Assembly: GCA_951406725.2 (NCBI GenBank)
Contig: OX597821.1
Location: 20,026,001 to 20,090,000, forward strand
Length of the DNA stretch: 64,000 nt
DNA from: Octopus vulgaris
Lineage: Eukaryota
Direction of reading: 5' to 3'
Positions 1-12,180 of this stretch are shown here, piece after piece; position 1 is the first letter of the stretch, and every line of letters starts with the position of its first letter. The notes beneath the pieces are model-generated. The model did not search any database, was not told where the DNA came from, and worked only from the letters and a program-made list of their open reading frames with translations. The position numbers and the translations under genes are program-made.

Positions 1-89
1 AAGAAGAAGAATTGTAGCACTGTTAACAAGTGAACGATATGTTCATACTTTTATTCATATTTTATTTAATATGAATAATATAATGCATC

Positions 90-90
<1 letters not shown>

Positions 91-186
<96 letters not shown>
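91..186. repeat. (AAT)n microsatellite
   Basis: Perfect AAT run seen directly. Confidence 0.97.
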
Positions 187-331
187 TGATTCTTTTGTAT
201 GCTTATACATGCAAATATTCATGTACATTTAAGTGTAGGAATATATATATTTATGAATATTTATGTATATGTATAAGTATGTATATGTGTGTGCATTTAT
301 ATTTATAACGTAACCTTATGTACTTTCTAAA

Positions 332-444
332 ATCTCTGACGAAGCCTAAAGAGACACCCAAGTACCTTAATGTCATCTACTAATTACTTCAGTCTACTGG
401 AGGGATAAAGGTAGAATGTGGTATTTTTGAAACATCTGTAAGAT
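332..444 (+). ncRNA. Hammerhead-like motif with long stem II insert, in probable PLE 3' terminal region (1-814)
   Basis: ATCT-CTGACGA(336-342)...GAAA(429-432)-C-ATCT-GTA-AGAT: stem I ATCT/AGAT, core boxes and GUA triplet in correct order. The ~85-nt stem II pairing is not resolved by eye. Confidence 0.45.
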
Positions 445-817
445 ATTATCCAAATTTCTATTCCTGTATGTTATATATTTTAATAATTGCTGATATCTTT
501 ATATATTATATATGTTAAGCATAATACGCTGTACATGTATGTTTATAGTTATAATTGTCCTTTTAGTAAATAAATAAATTAATTGACATAGTATAATGTT
601 TAAAGATTGATCCCTCCATTTTCTTATTGTTCTATTAATTAATGGTAAAATAGCTCTTTACCCTCACACACTTATTACCCTCGGTAATGTAATTGCAATG
701 CAATAAAAAAATACTTGTATATTAATAATTGGGTATTCTACCATCAGTATATTGGATAGATGTTATCGGTTAGTTGGTTGCATTCACAACCTCTAACTTT
801 CTTGGAATTAAAGTATA

Positions 818-860
<43 letters not shown>

Positions 861-864
<4 letters not shown>

Positions 865-1302
865 CATTATTATACATAGATGCCACACGCTAAGAGGGAC
901 AAAAAATCATTTCTACCAAAAATTTTACTAATCCCACCGAATGCAATCTTTCAAAGCAAGACATTTAAAAAATATAGACTTGTATCACCTGTGATTTCGT
1001 ACTTATGTACTCTTCAGCAAGCCTGGACGTATCATACATAAACGACCCTGTCTCGTCGAAGCCAAGCAGCTAACTGTTCAACTTCAACGAAGCACATGGG
1101 GGAGTTTACATATATTACATCCGGTAAATGGCAGGCTTCTTCGAATTGCATTTCGGGTAGGAAAAGTTTTTTCGGAATAAAATTATTTAGCAATTAAGGA
1201 CAACTTCTTAATAAGGAATCTTAATAAGAAATTATCAGGTAGCACGCTATCTACCTGATAATTTCTTATTAAGATTCCTTATTAAGAAGTTGTCCTTAAT
1301 TG

Positions 1303-1305
<3 letters not shown>
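861..1305 (-). mobile_element. Short non-coding HHR-bearing element (PLE pLTR-like) between (TA)n arrays, with terminal fold-back
   Basis: (TA)n at 815-860 and 1304-1337; contains HHR 977-1023 and perfect 55-bp inverted repeat 1188-1242/1251-1305. Confidence 0.65.
977..1023 (-). ncRNA. Type I hammerhead ribozyme, canonical core
   Basis: Minus strand GGCTTG-CTGAAGA-GTAC(ATAA)GTAC-GAAA-TCAC(AG)GTGA-TA-CAAGTC: all three stems pair, CUGANGA and GAAA intact, AUA cleavage triplet. Confidence 0.85.
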
Positions 1306-1345
<40 letters not shown>

Positions 1346-1658
1346 TACATACAAGCCAATGTAAGCACGTAGGCGATTATGAGTTTGCATTGCAAGAATC
1401 GTGATGTGAAACCGTGTATTGAAACAAATATTGCTATATTTCGGAATGGTCATTTTATATTTTCGCCACATAGAAACATGAACTATATATTTGTTAATCA
1501 CCCATTTATTACTCTTATTTGACGAAAAATATCCGGATAATAGACGCAAGATAAAATGGGAATGGTAATAAACGAAAGAATAACGAATATATAGTGCGTG
1601 TGTTTATTCGTTGAAAAAACAAAGGAATGACCGTCCTGGAATATAACAATATAACAGC

Positions 1659-1659
<1 letters not shown>

Positions 1660-1711
<52 letters not shown>

Positions 1712-1907
1712 TGTATGTATGTATGTATGCATGCATGTATGTATGTGTGTGTGTGTGTATGTATATATGCATGTATTTATATATGTATGTATGTATATAT
1801 GTATGTATGTATGTATGTATGCATGTATGTATGTATGTATGTATGTATGCATGTATGTATGTGTGTGTGTGTATGTATATATATATGCATGTATTTATAT
1901 ATGTATG

Positions 1908-1938
<31 letters not shown>

Positions 1939-1972
1939 ATATATGCGTGTATGTATATATGTATGTATGTAT
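1660..1972. repeat. Compound (TA)n/(TATG)n/(TG)n microsatellite
   Basis: Seen directly; explains the YI/YVCM pseudo-ORFs. Confidence 0.95.
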
Positions 1973-2221
1973 GAATGTTATTACATTAACTTACAACTGC
2001 TCCTGATATGAGATGCAGTGAACTCATAGTTGTGTGCCTGAAAAACACCTTATAACTTCATCAGGCTCTTTCTTGAATATATGCATATAGCCAGCGGGAT
2101 TGCTGTCGGTAGCCTGCTGGAAAAGATGTTTTCCTGGGGCTAAAACATCAATAACATAATCCTTTATAGGACTGCCATATTCTGTTGGTTTATAAACTTA
2201 ACTATATATATATATATATAT

Positions 2222-2426
2222 ACTTAATCCAAGCAAGAAAGCACAAAAAAACACAACAACGCGACGACGTGGAACAAATATAGTATTATTGCACGCTCAG
2301 GAAAGAAGGAAAGGAGGAGGGTTTAACATTTCGAGCAGAGCTCTTCGTCGGAAACATAGGAGAAGGAAAGATCCAGAGAAGGGAAGACAGAGGAAAAAAA
2401 ATCGCCAACGGTACACACGAGGTCTA
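2222..2426 (-). mobile_element. ~200-bp (TA)n-flanked element with minimal hammerhead-like motif (2321-2355)
   Basis: Minus: GTTT-CCGACGAA-GAGC(TCT)GCTC-GAAA-TG-TT-AAAC; TA runs on both sides; shares downstream TTCCTGAGCGT..TAATAC with copies at 18.9, 29.7, 35.9 and 54.2 kb. Confidence 0.6.
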
Positions 2427-4299
2427 AATATATATATATATATGAATATATATATATGGATTAAGAGAGAGGGGAGGGAACGAGAGACGGACAGGCAGAT
2501 AGACAGATAGATAGACATAGATAGATAGATAGATAGATGGATACATACATACATACATACATACATACATACATACATACATACACGCATACATACATAC
2601 ATACATACATACATACATACATACATACATACATACATACATGCAGAAAAATTAAGTGAGGCCAAATAAATGCTCAGAGTAACCTGATGCTCACCTACAG
2701 AAAAGGGCTCATGCCATTGCACATGTTGCGAATGGTGACAGAAGAACTTTGTGAAATACAACTCCTTACTATTACCGAATGATTAATAAAAAAAATCGAT
2801 TAGTTGATTGGTTAAAGAATTAACCATTTCACGAAAAATAAAGAGCCAGTGCATATATATATATATATATATATATATTGCTGGTAGAATGATGCTTCCG
2901 AGATAAAACAATAGTGTATGTGTGGGTATGTACCTCTTGTAATAGAATGCGAGGCTAAACATCTTCACATAAAACTACCGCGTTTTACACATACTCGTAT
3001 GTAGATAAATACATTTATATGTTCAATGACAGCGTGGTCAAGTAGGAGTTCTTAATTTCAAAAATATGCTCTACGACTGCTGATATAGTGCTAAAAACAA
3101 CAACAACAACAACAACAACAACATTAACGACATCTAATGATTTAAATACGTTACATTTATTCCGCAACATCTGCTCCATCTTATTTTAGATTTTCTTTTT
3201 TTCAGTATCTTTATTAGTAATTTATTCGTTATTTGTATTAATTAAAGATTGCAATATGACAATGTCAGATGTTTATGATTGTTGAATAAAACTGAAATAT
3301 TTGCTGCTTTATCGATTTCATATTTTCTATGAGATTTTAAAGCTGCTGGTTATATCAGGCGCGGTAAATTGTATTAGTTTGATTTTAATCTTGATCATTT
3401 CTATATTAAAGTCTTACACACTTTGAATTTCTTTTTAAGCCTAGCTTCATAGTAGAATCACTTTAACATACAAATAAATTTTGATGGTGTTTAGGAATAG
3501 AAGAAAAGCTAACCAAGTAATCGTATGATTCAGTGCGTTTCACTTCTGACCATACAAATGCGTACTTTAAGACCTACTTCATTTAAGACTAAAATATCAT
3601 GTGGATGTGTTTGTGCGTTTATGTGTGTGTTTGTGTGTTTGTTTGTTTGTTTGTGTGTATGTGTGTGTGTTTGTTTTTGTGTAACTGTGTGTTCTCCGTG
3701 TGTGAGAGTTTATATGGAATTCAAGTTCCCAAGAAAATTATACAATTCAGTCCGTTAGACAGCCTTGACCCCGTTTCATAGAGTGGTTTAATTTAATAGA
3801 CTATGAACAACATCCATTTTGGGTTGGTATGGGGTGATCGTGTGTGTGTATGCATAAGAAGTTATATGTGTGTGAGAATAAATACGTATGTGTGTGTGTA
3901 TCTCTGTACGTGTGTGAGATACCAGTTGAACATACAGATGAATATGTGTGTGTGTATATGTGTCCGTTAGTGTATGCATGTCTGTGTGTCTCTGTGTGTA
4001 TGTATACTTGCATAGATTGTGAAAATCTTAGTATAAATAACTGGGTAAAGCCATCGAATTTCGTGGAACCTTTCGTACTGCTTTACAATATATTATTGGT
4101 GAAAAAACTATTCTGGTCTTATGGCAGTTTGATAACATTGAAGGTATAAAAAGGCCGATGCGTTTAAATTATAAATACCTCATCAAAGTGAGATAAGTGA
4201 CTTGAGGGTTAAGGCGCTTCCACCAGAAAAAGGATGTTCTTAGATCCATAATTTCCTTTATGGTTTCGATTGTATAAACATTCATAGCAGAACAGTGAT

Positions 4300-4800
4300 T
4301 GTGAAATAGAGATGGAATGAGAAAATGTTTCAGCATTTTCCATCATAGGGCCTTGTGAGAGAATGTCCAATAGTAGGAATCAAAGACAAGTGCTCGACAA
4401 TAAACTTCATCAAAATAGCAACAACAACAACAACTACAAAAACAATATTTAACAATCCTTCTGTTAGCAAACACTGGGATATGCTAAACAGAAGAGAAAC
4501 AATGTAAAATCTCAGCACTGTTCGGAAAGTTCTAGACTTAAAACAGAGAGGATATTTGTTTTAACTGTGGCACAAGATCAAAGCTTCTTCTATAGTGATA
4601 GCTAAAATTCCATACTAAGGAAACTTACGACAGGTAACTTGCAGCAGCAAAGACCGTGATTCAGAAGAAACAATAAATCATATTGTCTCTGGCTGCCCAG
4701 CTCTGAACCAGAGAGAATATATCCACAGTCATGACATAGTTGGTAATTATATATACAATACAAATGAAAGAGAAACTGGAGAACGACTACATCCGAAACG
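4300..4800 (+). pseudogene. Degenerate R4/Dong-like (RLE) non-LTR retrotransposon fragment
   Basis: Hand translation: SSRLKTERIFVLTVAQDQS ... ETINHIVSGCPALNQREYIHSHDIVGNYI (CCHC knuckle + RHD-like motif), with frameshifts. Boundaries approximate. Confidence 0.65.
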
Positions 4801-4929
4801 TGGGGGGTGGTTAATGAAGTCAAATCTAATCTTTTCAAATCTAATCAAAGGTGGAAATAGTTAGGCAGAATCGTTACTCACCATATTCAGCAACTTTTCT
4901 ATATTGGACATAATCTGAATTGCTAAATA

Positions 4930-5444
4930 TAGACAAAAGAACTATGTAGGAAGTCAATATGAATGGAAAACTTCATCCAAGAACTAGAGTTGCAAGATAG
5001 TACTTACCTAGACAAGAAAGCAGCAGAGATTTATTATCAGTAGTCGACTGTGTGGAGTTAGCTTGAGAAGATATAGCCTCTTATGTAGGTAATAGTGAGG
5101 GAATTTTAAGAGCTGATAGTGTGGCAGTAGAAGATAGGAACACCAAAGGGCCAGAATCAGATACATTCCTAATATTGGTTATGTGAACCAAAGGGAAAAA
5201 TATTGCTCATATAGTTAGTCAATGTAGTATGCTGCACAGGGAGAATACAAGAAAAGACATGGCAACCTAGGGAGAATAATCCATCGCAAGTTGTGATAAA
5301 CGGTATGATCATGAACCTTGTATATTGCTAGAAATTGAGAACTGTAAGAAGTTGTGGGATTTTAGCAGTCAGACTAACGGAGTAATAACCGCTGAAGACC
5401 TGACTTACTAATAGCAGAAGCAGCAGCAGCAGCAGTAATAGTAA

Positions 5445-5495
<51 letters not shown>

Positions 5496-5785
5496 ACAAA
5501 GGGAAAGGCAAGTGCAAAGTAATTGTCTTTACAGTCCCAAATATGAGAACGTCAATATGAGAAGTATAGAAATAATAGAAAATGACCGGGATCTAACCGT
5601 TGAGTTACAGAGATTTTGGAAACTGCTGGTACAATGTTTCCCTAGAATTATTGGAGCATTAGGATATTGCTGAAGTTTTGACGATTGATAGAGGAAATGG
5701 GCATAAAATCTCGTTTAATGCAGCTCCAGAAAAATGCATTATCAGGGACAGCTACGATACTTAATAAGTTTCTAGGGATCTAAGG
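4930..5785 (+). pseudogene. Second degenerate R4/Dong-like fragment, C-terminal RLE region
   Basis: MNGKLHPRTRVARxYLPRQ..., KLWDFSSQT...RPDL, IIGALG, LQKNALSGTATILNKFLGI*; many stops and indels; (TAG)n inserted at 5411-5494. Confidence 0.7.
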
Positions 5786-5786
5786 T

Positions 5787-6201
5787 TATTTAAATGCAGT
5801 ACTGGACATTGGCTCTCATGGCTTATGGTCTTAACTGATTGGAAGTGTTATCATGTATATGTTTTGTCTCGGTAAAGAAGATAGGCTACAGCAAATATTC
5901 TGCTCAATACTACAGATTTGCTTGTCAGTTTATTGCGCTTAACCATTTGTACATGTCACTTGCTGGCTGACGATATATGCATCTCTGATCAAGAGCAGAG
6001 GTACTGGGGGATCATCATAGCCATGTGTTCAGAGGAATGTTTTGGACTTTGAATAATTCACCCCTGGAAGCATTAGTGTTTCAATCAACATCCTTAAACA
6101 ACCCTCGTTCAGGGACCTTTAGTGCGGGATGGGCTACTCGACCACAAGAAAATTGTAACTGGATGCCACCTGCAAGGTCATGCGCTGTTTATCTCGATAT
6201 G
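5787..6201 (-). mobile_element. Non-coding interspersed repeat (SINE-like)
   Basis: High similarity to 24268-24568 in this window; strand inferred from the (ATT)n tail on that copy. Confidence 0.65.
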
Positions 6202-6343
6202 AAAAAACAGGTGTGATGTGCCTACAAATATGACGAGGTTTAAATACGTGCTACAGGCTTGTCAAAATGAAAGTAAACCACGGGCTCGTCTAATGTTGTA
6301 AGATCCTAACTAGCATGTATACTTATATACGTATATATATATG

Positions 6344-6512
<169 letters not shown>

Positions 6513-6674
6513 GCCGGTCGTAGTCGCGTGTTAAGAGGCTTGACTCTTTACCGCATTGCATTGAGTTCAGTCTTCTTGTTGAGCTCAACTAAAGCCGTCG
6601 ATATATACGTGTGTGTGAGTGTGTGCGTGTGCCCGCGCGTAGATATGTGCGTGCGAATGTGTGTGTACATATAC

Positions 6675-6730
<56 letters not shown>

Positions 6731-7538
6731 ATATCTGTATATATAAATCGATAGAATATGTGCAAATAAATAAATATACATGTATATATTTTCACGCCTT
6801 TATGTGTGTAACTTTCGTCTTTGTATGGTTGCACTGTTCCACCTCTTAGACACCCGAGCTTGTCTTCTTTACGCATTCGTAACTCAGGTGTGACGTATAC
6901 AAGCCTCTTATGAATTCTGGGGTCGATTCGTTCGATAAAAGTCCTGGATAGCTTTGTCCAACACGATCGAAGTCCAAAGTGAGTAGCAAGGTGCTTATGT
7001 GGTGGTGGTCGTGGTTGTGGTGGGGGCGTTCGTGAATGCTTGTTTTGTCTATATATAAGGATTTCGCTGTGTCGTAATATTACCAAAGGCCGGTTATTAC
7101 ACTTCAAAACATGAGTGAGTTGCACAAAGCGGAACCGTGAATAACCTGACGTTCTATGGTGTGGAGCAATCCAACATACACTGTAATATTAATTAATATA
7201 TGAATGACAAATGGACTTGAATTACCTTATCACTTTCGTCTGCTTCCAGGTTTTCTCTTATAATGGAGTTTCCAACTGGAGCTAGTGACCGTGCGATATC
7301 CTGTAGTTATCTAAGAGCAATTTAAATAGAACCCATTGTATGTTGCACTGACGATCCAGGCTCGGTGTATTTGTACTAATAGTACCATCAAGTGCATGGT
7401 ATTGAAAGCTGTTACGTAACTCCCCTTCTTTTGTTATTCGTTTAACAATTAACACACGCACATATATACACATATAGCAGATACACACACACACATATAT
7501 ATACATACAGATAAATAAATAAATAAATAAATATATAC

Positions 7539-7757
7539 TCTTTTTACTCTTTTACTCTTTTACTTGTTTCAGTCATTTGACTTCGGCCATGCTGGAGCAC
7601 CGCCTTTAGTCGAGCAACTCGACCCCGGGACTTATTCTTTTGTAAGCCCAGTACTTATTCTATCGATCTCTTTTTGCCGAACCGCTAAGTGACGGGGACG
7701 TAAACACACCAGCATTGGTTGTCAAGCAATGCTAGGGGAACAAACACAGACACACAA

Positions 7758-7788
<31 letters not shown>

Positions 7789-7950
7789 CATATACGACAG
7801 GGTTCTTTCAGTTTCCGTCTACCAAATCCACTCACAAGGCATTGGTCGGCCCGGGGCTATAGCAGAAGACAGTTGCCCAAGATGCCACGCAGTGGGACTG
7901 AACCCGGAACCATGTGGTTGGTAAACAAGCTACTTACCACACAGTCACTC

Positions 7951-7952
<2 letters not shown>
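7539..7952 (-). mobile_element. tRNA-derived SINE (octopus OK/OR-like), family A
   Basis: Minus-strand head with A/B boxes (TGTGTGGTAAG...GGTTCAGTCCC), internal CA/TA tract, 3' tail GGCGGTGCTCCAGCATGGCC...GAAACAAGTAAAAGA; multiple copies in window. Family name from recall. Confidence 0.85.
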
Positions 7953-8011
<59 letters not shown>

Positions 8012-8015
8012 AATA

Positions 8016-8053
<38 letters not shown>

Positions 8054-8082
8054 CATATATACATATATACATATATAAATAC

Positions 8083-8114
<32 letters not shown>

Positions 8115-8185
8115 GTGTATGTGTGTTTATAAATATATTATCACGCAAGCACCCCATCCCCCACACAGACGCATATATATGTATG

Positions 8186-8243
<58 letters not shown>

Positions 8244-8622
8244 CGTCTTTGTGGTAGATGTGATGTCTGCGTACTGAAAATATTTAAAAAAAAATTTCTA
8301 CAGTGTCATGCTCACCTAAGTGTCACGCAAGCGGACATGTGCCTCGGCAGGAAGCATCTATGACTCATGAAATACCGCACTATTCTCGACGAATAGAATA
8401 TTCTTTACTCTTTCATTTATGAATTCGTGATATTCTAGAATCAACGAATACAAAAATTCAAAGATGTATTTATGGACGCCGTTCTTTGGTTATAATACGT
8501 TGGAAATATATTTCATATTTTAAAATAAATGAAACAAGTTCCCGACATAATTTCAGAAATTATAATTTCAAATTCTCGTTTTGTTCGTTTTGATTTCTTT
8601 TACATATAAAATGTTTCCGTTA

Positions 8623-9009
8623 TCTTTATATATAAAAGTCAAGTTGTGTCTGTCCCCTACGATTTAGATTCCTAACTACTCCCACATTATGTGGTGCAGT
8701 TTAACCAAAACCGGGTATCTTATAGTCGTGATTCATATCGAGCCCTTCTGGGTATCAGCGCGCGTCTACGATGAGTCTACCATTTAAAAAATAATTTGCC
8801 ATAATATTTTTCTCATTTTAATGCATTTTTTTGCTATTATATAAGGGAAGTAACTCTCTAAAAATGTCTACGATGAGTCAACGATTTAAAAAAAAAATTA
8901 CCATCATTTGTTTTCCATTTTTAATGCATTCTTTTGCTATTTTGGTGGCATAACTCTCTAAAAATGCTTATATAGTTATTTCCCGAGCAACGCTGGGCGA
9001 TACTGCTAG
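8623..9009 (+). mobile_element. Non-autonomous Helitron
   Basis: A|TC 5' start, 3' hairpin CCCGAGCAACGCTGGG then CTAG|T; termini similar to 36171-36936. Confidence 0.8.
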
Positions 9010-9877
9010 TATTTCATATTTTAAAAGAAATGAAACAAGTTGCCAGCATAATTTCAGAAATTATAATTTCAAATTCTCGTTTTGTTCTTTTTGATTTCCT
9101 TTACTTATAAAATGTTTCCGTTATAAATCATAAATAGCTAATCGGTGACTAACAGCGAATATATACAAACTATTAAGTTTGTCTTTATTCTTTCGATGAA
9201 TTTCCCCTGACGACGTTGTAGGTACATCTTTCTAGACTACCAGAGTTCATTCCCTGTAGAAACAGTGTATTTTGTCGACTGTGCGAAACTGAATTTTATT
9301 TATTTGATTTCATCGTTCGATGTAAACAATATAGTAAAGTAAAAAGAAATGAATCGATGCAAAAGGTTAAAACTTCAACGTGTACACCGATACGTATAAC
9401 TCGATTGAACTTTAAACCTATCTGTACCTCCTTAGACAACTCTGCATATTACGGTGATACATTTATCGTTACAAGAAAAGGGGGACAGCGCTTCGTACGT
9501 TACATCTATTAAGCGTCGTCATTTTTTGCATATGACCTTTAACTTGCCATATACACAACGCTTATAAACCCATGAATGCTAGAGTATGAGTTTAAGCATG
9601 AAGATATATATGTGCTACATTATATATGTTTGCTATATATGTATTTGTCTGGGTTTTTTTTTCTGTTCTAATAGTCGGAAGGGCTCAGAGAAAAAGAAAT
9701 CCATTTCAAGAGGTGATATGAACCGTATAAACAAAATATTTTTATTAGTAGAAGGAATGTATGCATTACCCTCTGCTGTCTATCGCTCTCCCTTCACTCG
9801 CTCTCTTTATATACACGCATCCACGCGCACACACACATTTGTATATATATATATATAAATAAATATATATAAATGTA

Positions 9878-9987
<110 letters not shown>

Positions 9988-10251
9988 CACGCTCATGTAT
10001 ATGTATGTATTATTTTTCAAACCTTATTTTTTGCTATTTATCGACCGAAATATTTCTCTGTTCGTCTCACTTGTTTAATTTTCATTTAACATTCAGTGAT
10101 GGTTATAGATGTGAGACTAAGTTGTGGTAGATTTTCATTGAACAGGAAAATATAATTAAGTAATCGCAGCATAATATTCTCTTTAGCTACAATATATATG
10201 TATGCAGGGACGTGTATGTGCCTGTGCATACATGTGTACATGTGTATGTGT

Positions 10252-10291
<40 letters not shown>

Positions 10292-10400
10292 GTACATGTG
10301 TATGTGTACATACATATATATATATCTATGTATTTATGCGTGTGTCTGTACATGTATGTCTTTATCTTTAATTATTTCTGTTATTTCCATATAAGCTTAC

Positions 10401-10453
10401 CACTACTACTACTGCTGCTGCTACTAATACTACAACTGCTGCTGCTGCTACTG

Positions 10454-10498
<45 letters not shown>

Positions 10499-10520
10499 AT
10501 GTTGCTGTTGTTGTTGTTCT
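10401..10520. repeat. (CTA)n/(CTG)n/(TTG)n compound microsatellite
   Basis: Seen directly. Confidence 0.9.
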
Positions 10521-11474
10521 TGTTGATACTAGTTATGCTTATTTATTTTATTTTTGCTACATAAACTCTATGGAAAGCTTATAAAGTGTAAATTATTGAA
10601 CCGTTACAAAGTTAAGTAAATATTGAATTATTGAAGGCAATGTGTGAGTTTTGTTGGAGAAAAAGATAAAAAATCTTAAAAATGACCAAAAACGTATAGT
10701 ATAAAAGGGTCAATAAATTTCAAAGTAAATATACAAATACCAAAATGGTTGAAAACTAGAAAATTTATATTTTGAATTGGTTATACATTATTGATTTAGA
10801 CATCAAGGATATTTTCCTACACGTTGAACAATATTTTTTTCTACTGTGGATCAAAGGTATTAGTCACTATCTAACGAAGGTCATGGAAGATAAAACGAAT
10901 ATTGAATATTTTTCACCATAAATTTTAACGTGTCTCTGTAGAATGCAAGCTGTACCTAGTAGAGCAAGTAGTTGTTGTTTTTTTAATTTTATTTCCGAAG
11001 TGTGTAGTGAAACCTGCAAGGGAATCAATAATATATCTTATGATCATTTTCTCTTCGTCTTATTTTTATTATCCAAGAAAAGGTTTATTTCTTATGTCAT
11101 TGTTACAATTTTGTACCCTCAGATATTACGTTGCTAACTGTTCGATATCTTGGATGAAACGTAAGGATATGTCTATCATTAACGATAAGTTTTCATCCCC
11201 GTATCCGTTTATGGCATAGCTTAACCTGCTATGATCTTGATGTCGGCCTGGGCAAGACGTATCCCAGAATATATCGCCCATTCAAGCATTAGTCTCAATA
11301 TAATAAATTATATCCCCCAGCCAGACATATACTGAACATATAAAATAAAATAAATCAACACCAAAATGAATAAGGGTCCAATTGGACACATTCTAATACA
11401 TGCATGGTGTATCTTCATCATAGTTATGACAAAACTTGTGATATTATTTGCTCGTTATACTTCAACTGGTGTAT

Positions 11475-11781
11475 ATGTTGTTTGTTCCTTCTCGAGCCAT
11501 GCCTGACTCAGAAGGGCCAGTTTCCCGGTTTCCTTGGCGTATAGGTTCCCCACCTGGACGGGACGCCGGTCCGTCGCAGGTGAGCTGCAAGATGCAGGAG
11601 GAAAGAGTGAGAGAAAGTTGTGGCGAAGGAGTCAGCAGAAGTTCGCCATAACCTTCTGCCGGTGCCGCTTGGGGCTTAGGTGATTCGCTCATAAGCACAC
11701 ACATCGCCCGGTCTGAGATTCGAACCCGCTATCCCTCGACCGCGAGTCCGCTGCTCTAACCACTAGGCCATGTGTCTCCAC
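11475..11781 (-). mobile_element. tRNA-derived SINE, family B head, tail type 1
   Basis: Minus head GTGGAGACACATGGCCTAGTGGTTAG...GGGTTCGAATC (A and B boxes); TSD (AC)TGGTGTAT at 11465-11474 and 11780-11789. Confidence 0.85.
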
Positions 11782-12004
11782 TGGTGTATTTATAGATTGA
11801 CTTAAGCAGGGCCTCAACTAACACTCTGTTGATACTTGATTGAACATTTATTTAATGAAGCTCCTTGAATTGAAGAAATAACTTCCGAAAAAAGGTGAAC
11901 ATTATTGTAATATTAAAACCTAAGATGTGGGTGGCGGTTCAAATAGATCAGAGTAACCTATTATCATTGTTACATGAGAATCATGCAACGTGTTTTTAAA
12001 ACTG

Positions 12005-12180
12005 ATTTCAAAATTTGACACAAGGCTAGCAAGTTCGTGGTAGGGGCTAAGTAATCAGCCCCATGTTTCAGCTGATGCTTATTTCATGGTCATCGAAATG
12101 ACGAAAGGAGAAGTCTGAATTTGACAGACGAAATGCCGCCACGCAATATTCTTGGCGTGCAACTATTCTACAAGCTCGTT
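12005..12180 (-). mobile_element. Old degenerate CORE-type SINE fragment
   Basis: Resembles the cephalopod CORE-SINE layout as recalled; a similar decayed copy lies at ~22860-22995. Confidence 0.4.

Noticed and set aside
2040-2080. CTGATGAAG on minus strand
   Set aside because: No downstream GAAA/NUH or closing stem found.
9205-9272. CTGACGA...GAAACAGTGTA hammerhead-like order
   Set aside because: Stem I does not pair and extra bases precede stem II; could be chance or too decayed.
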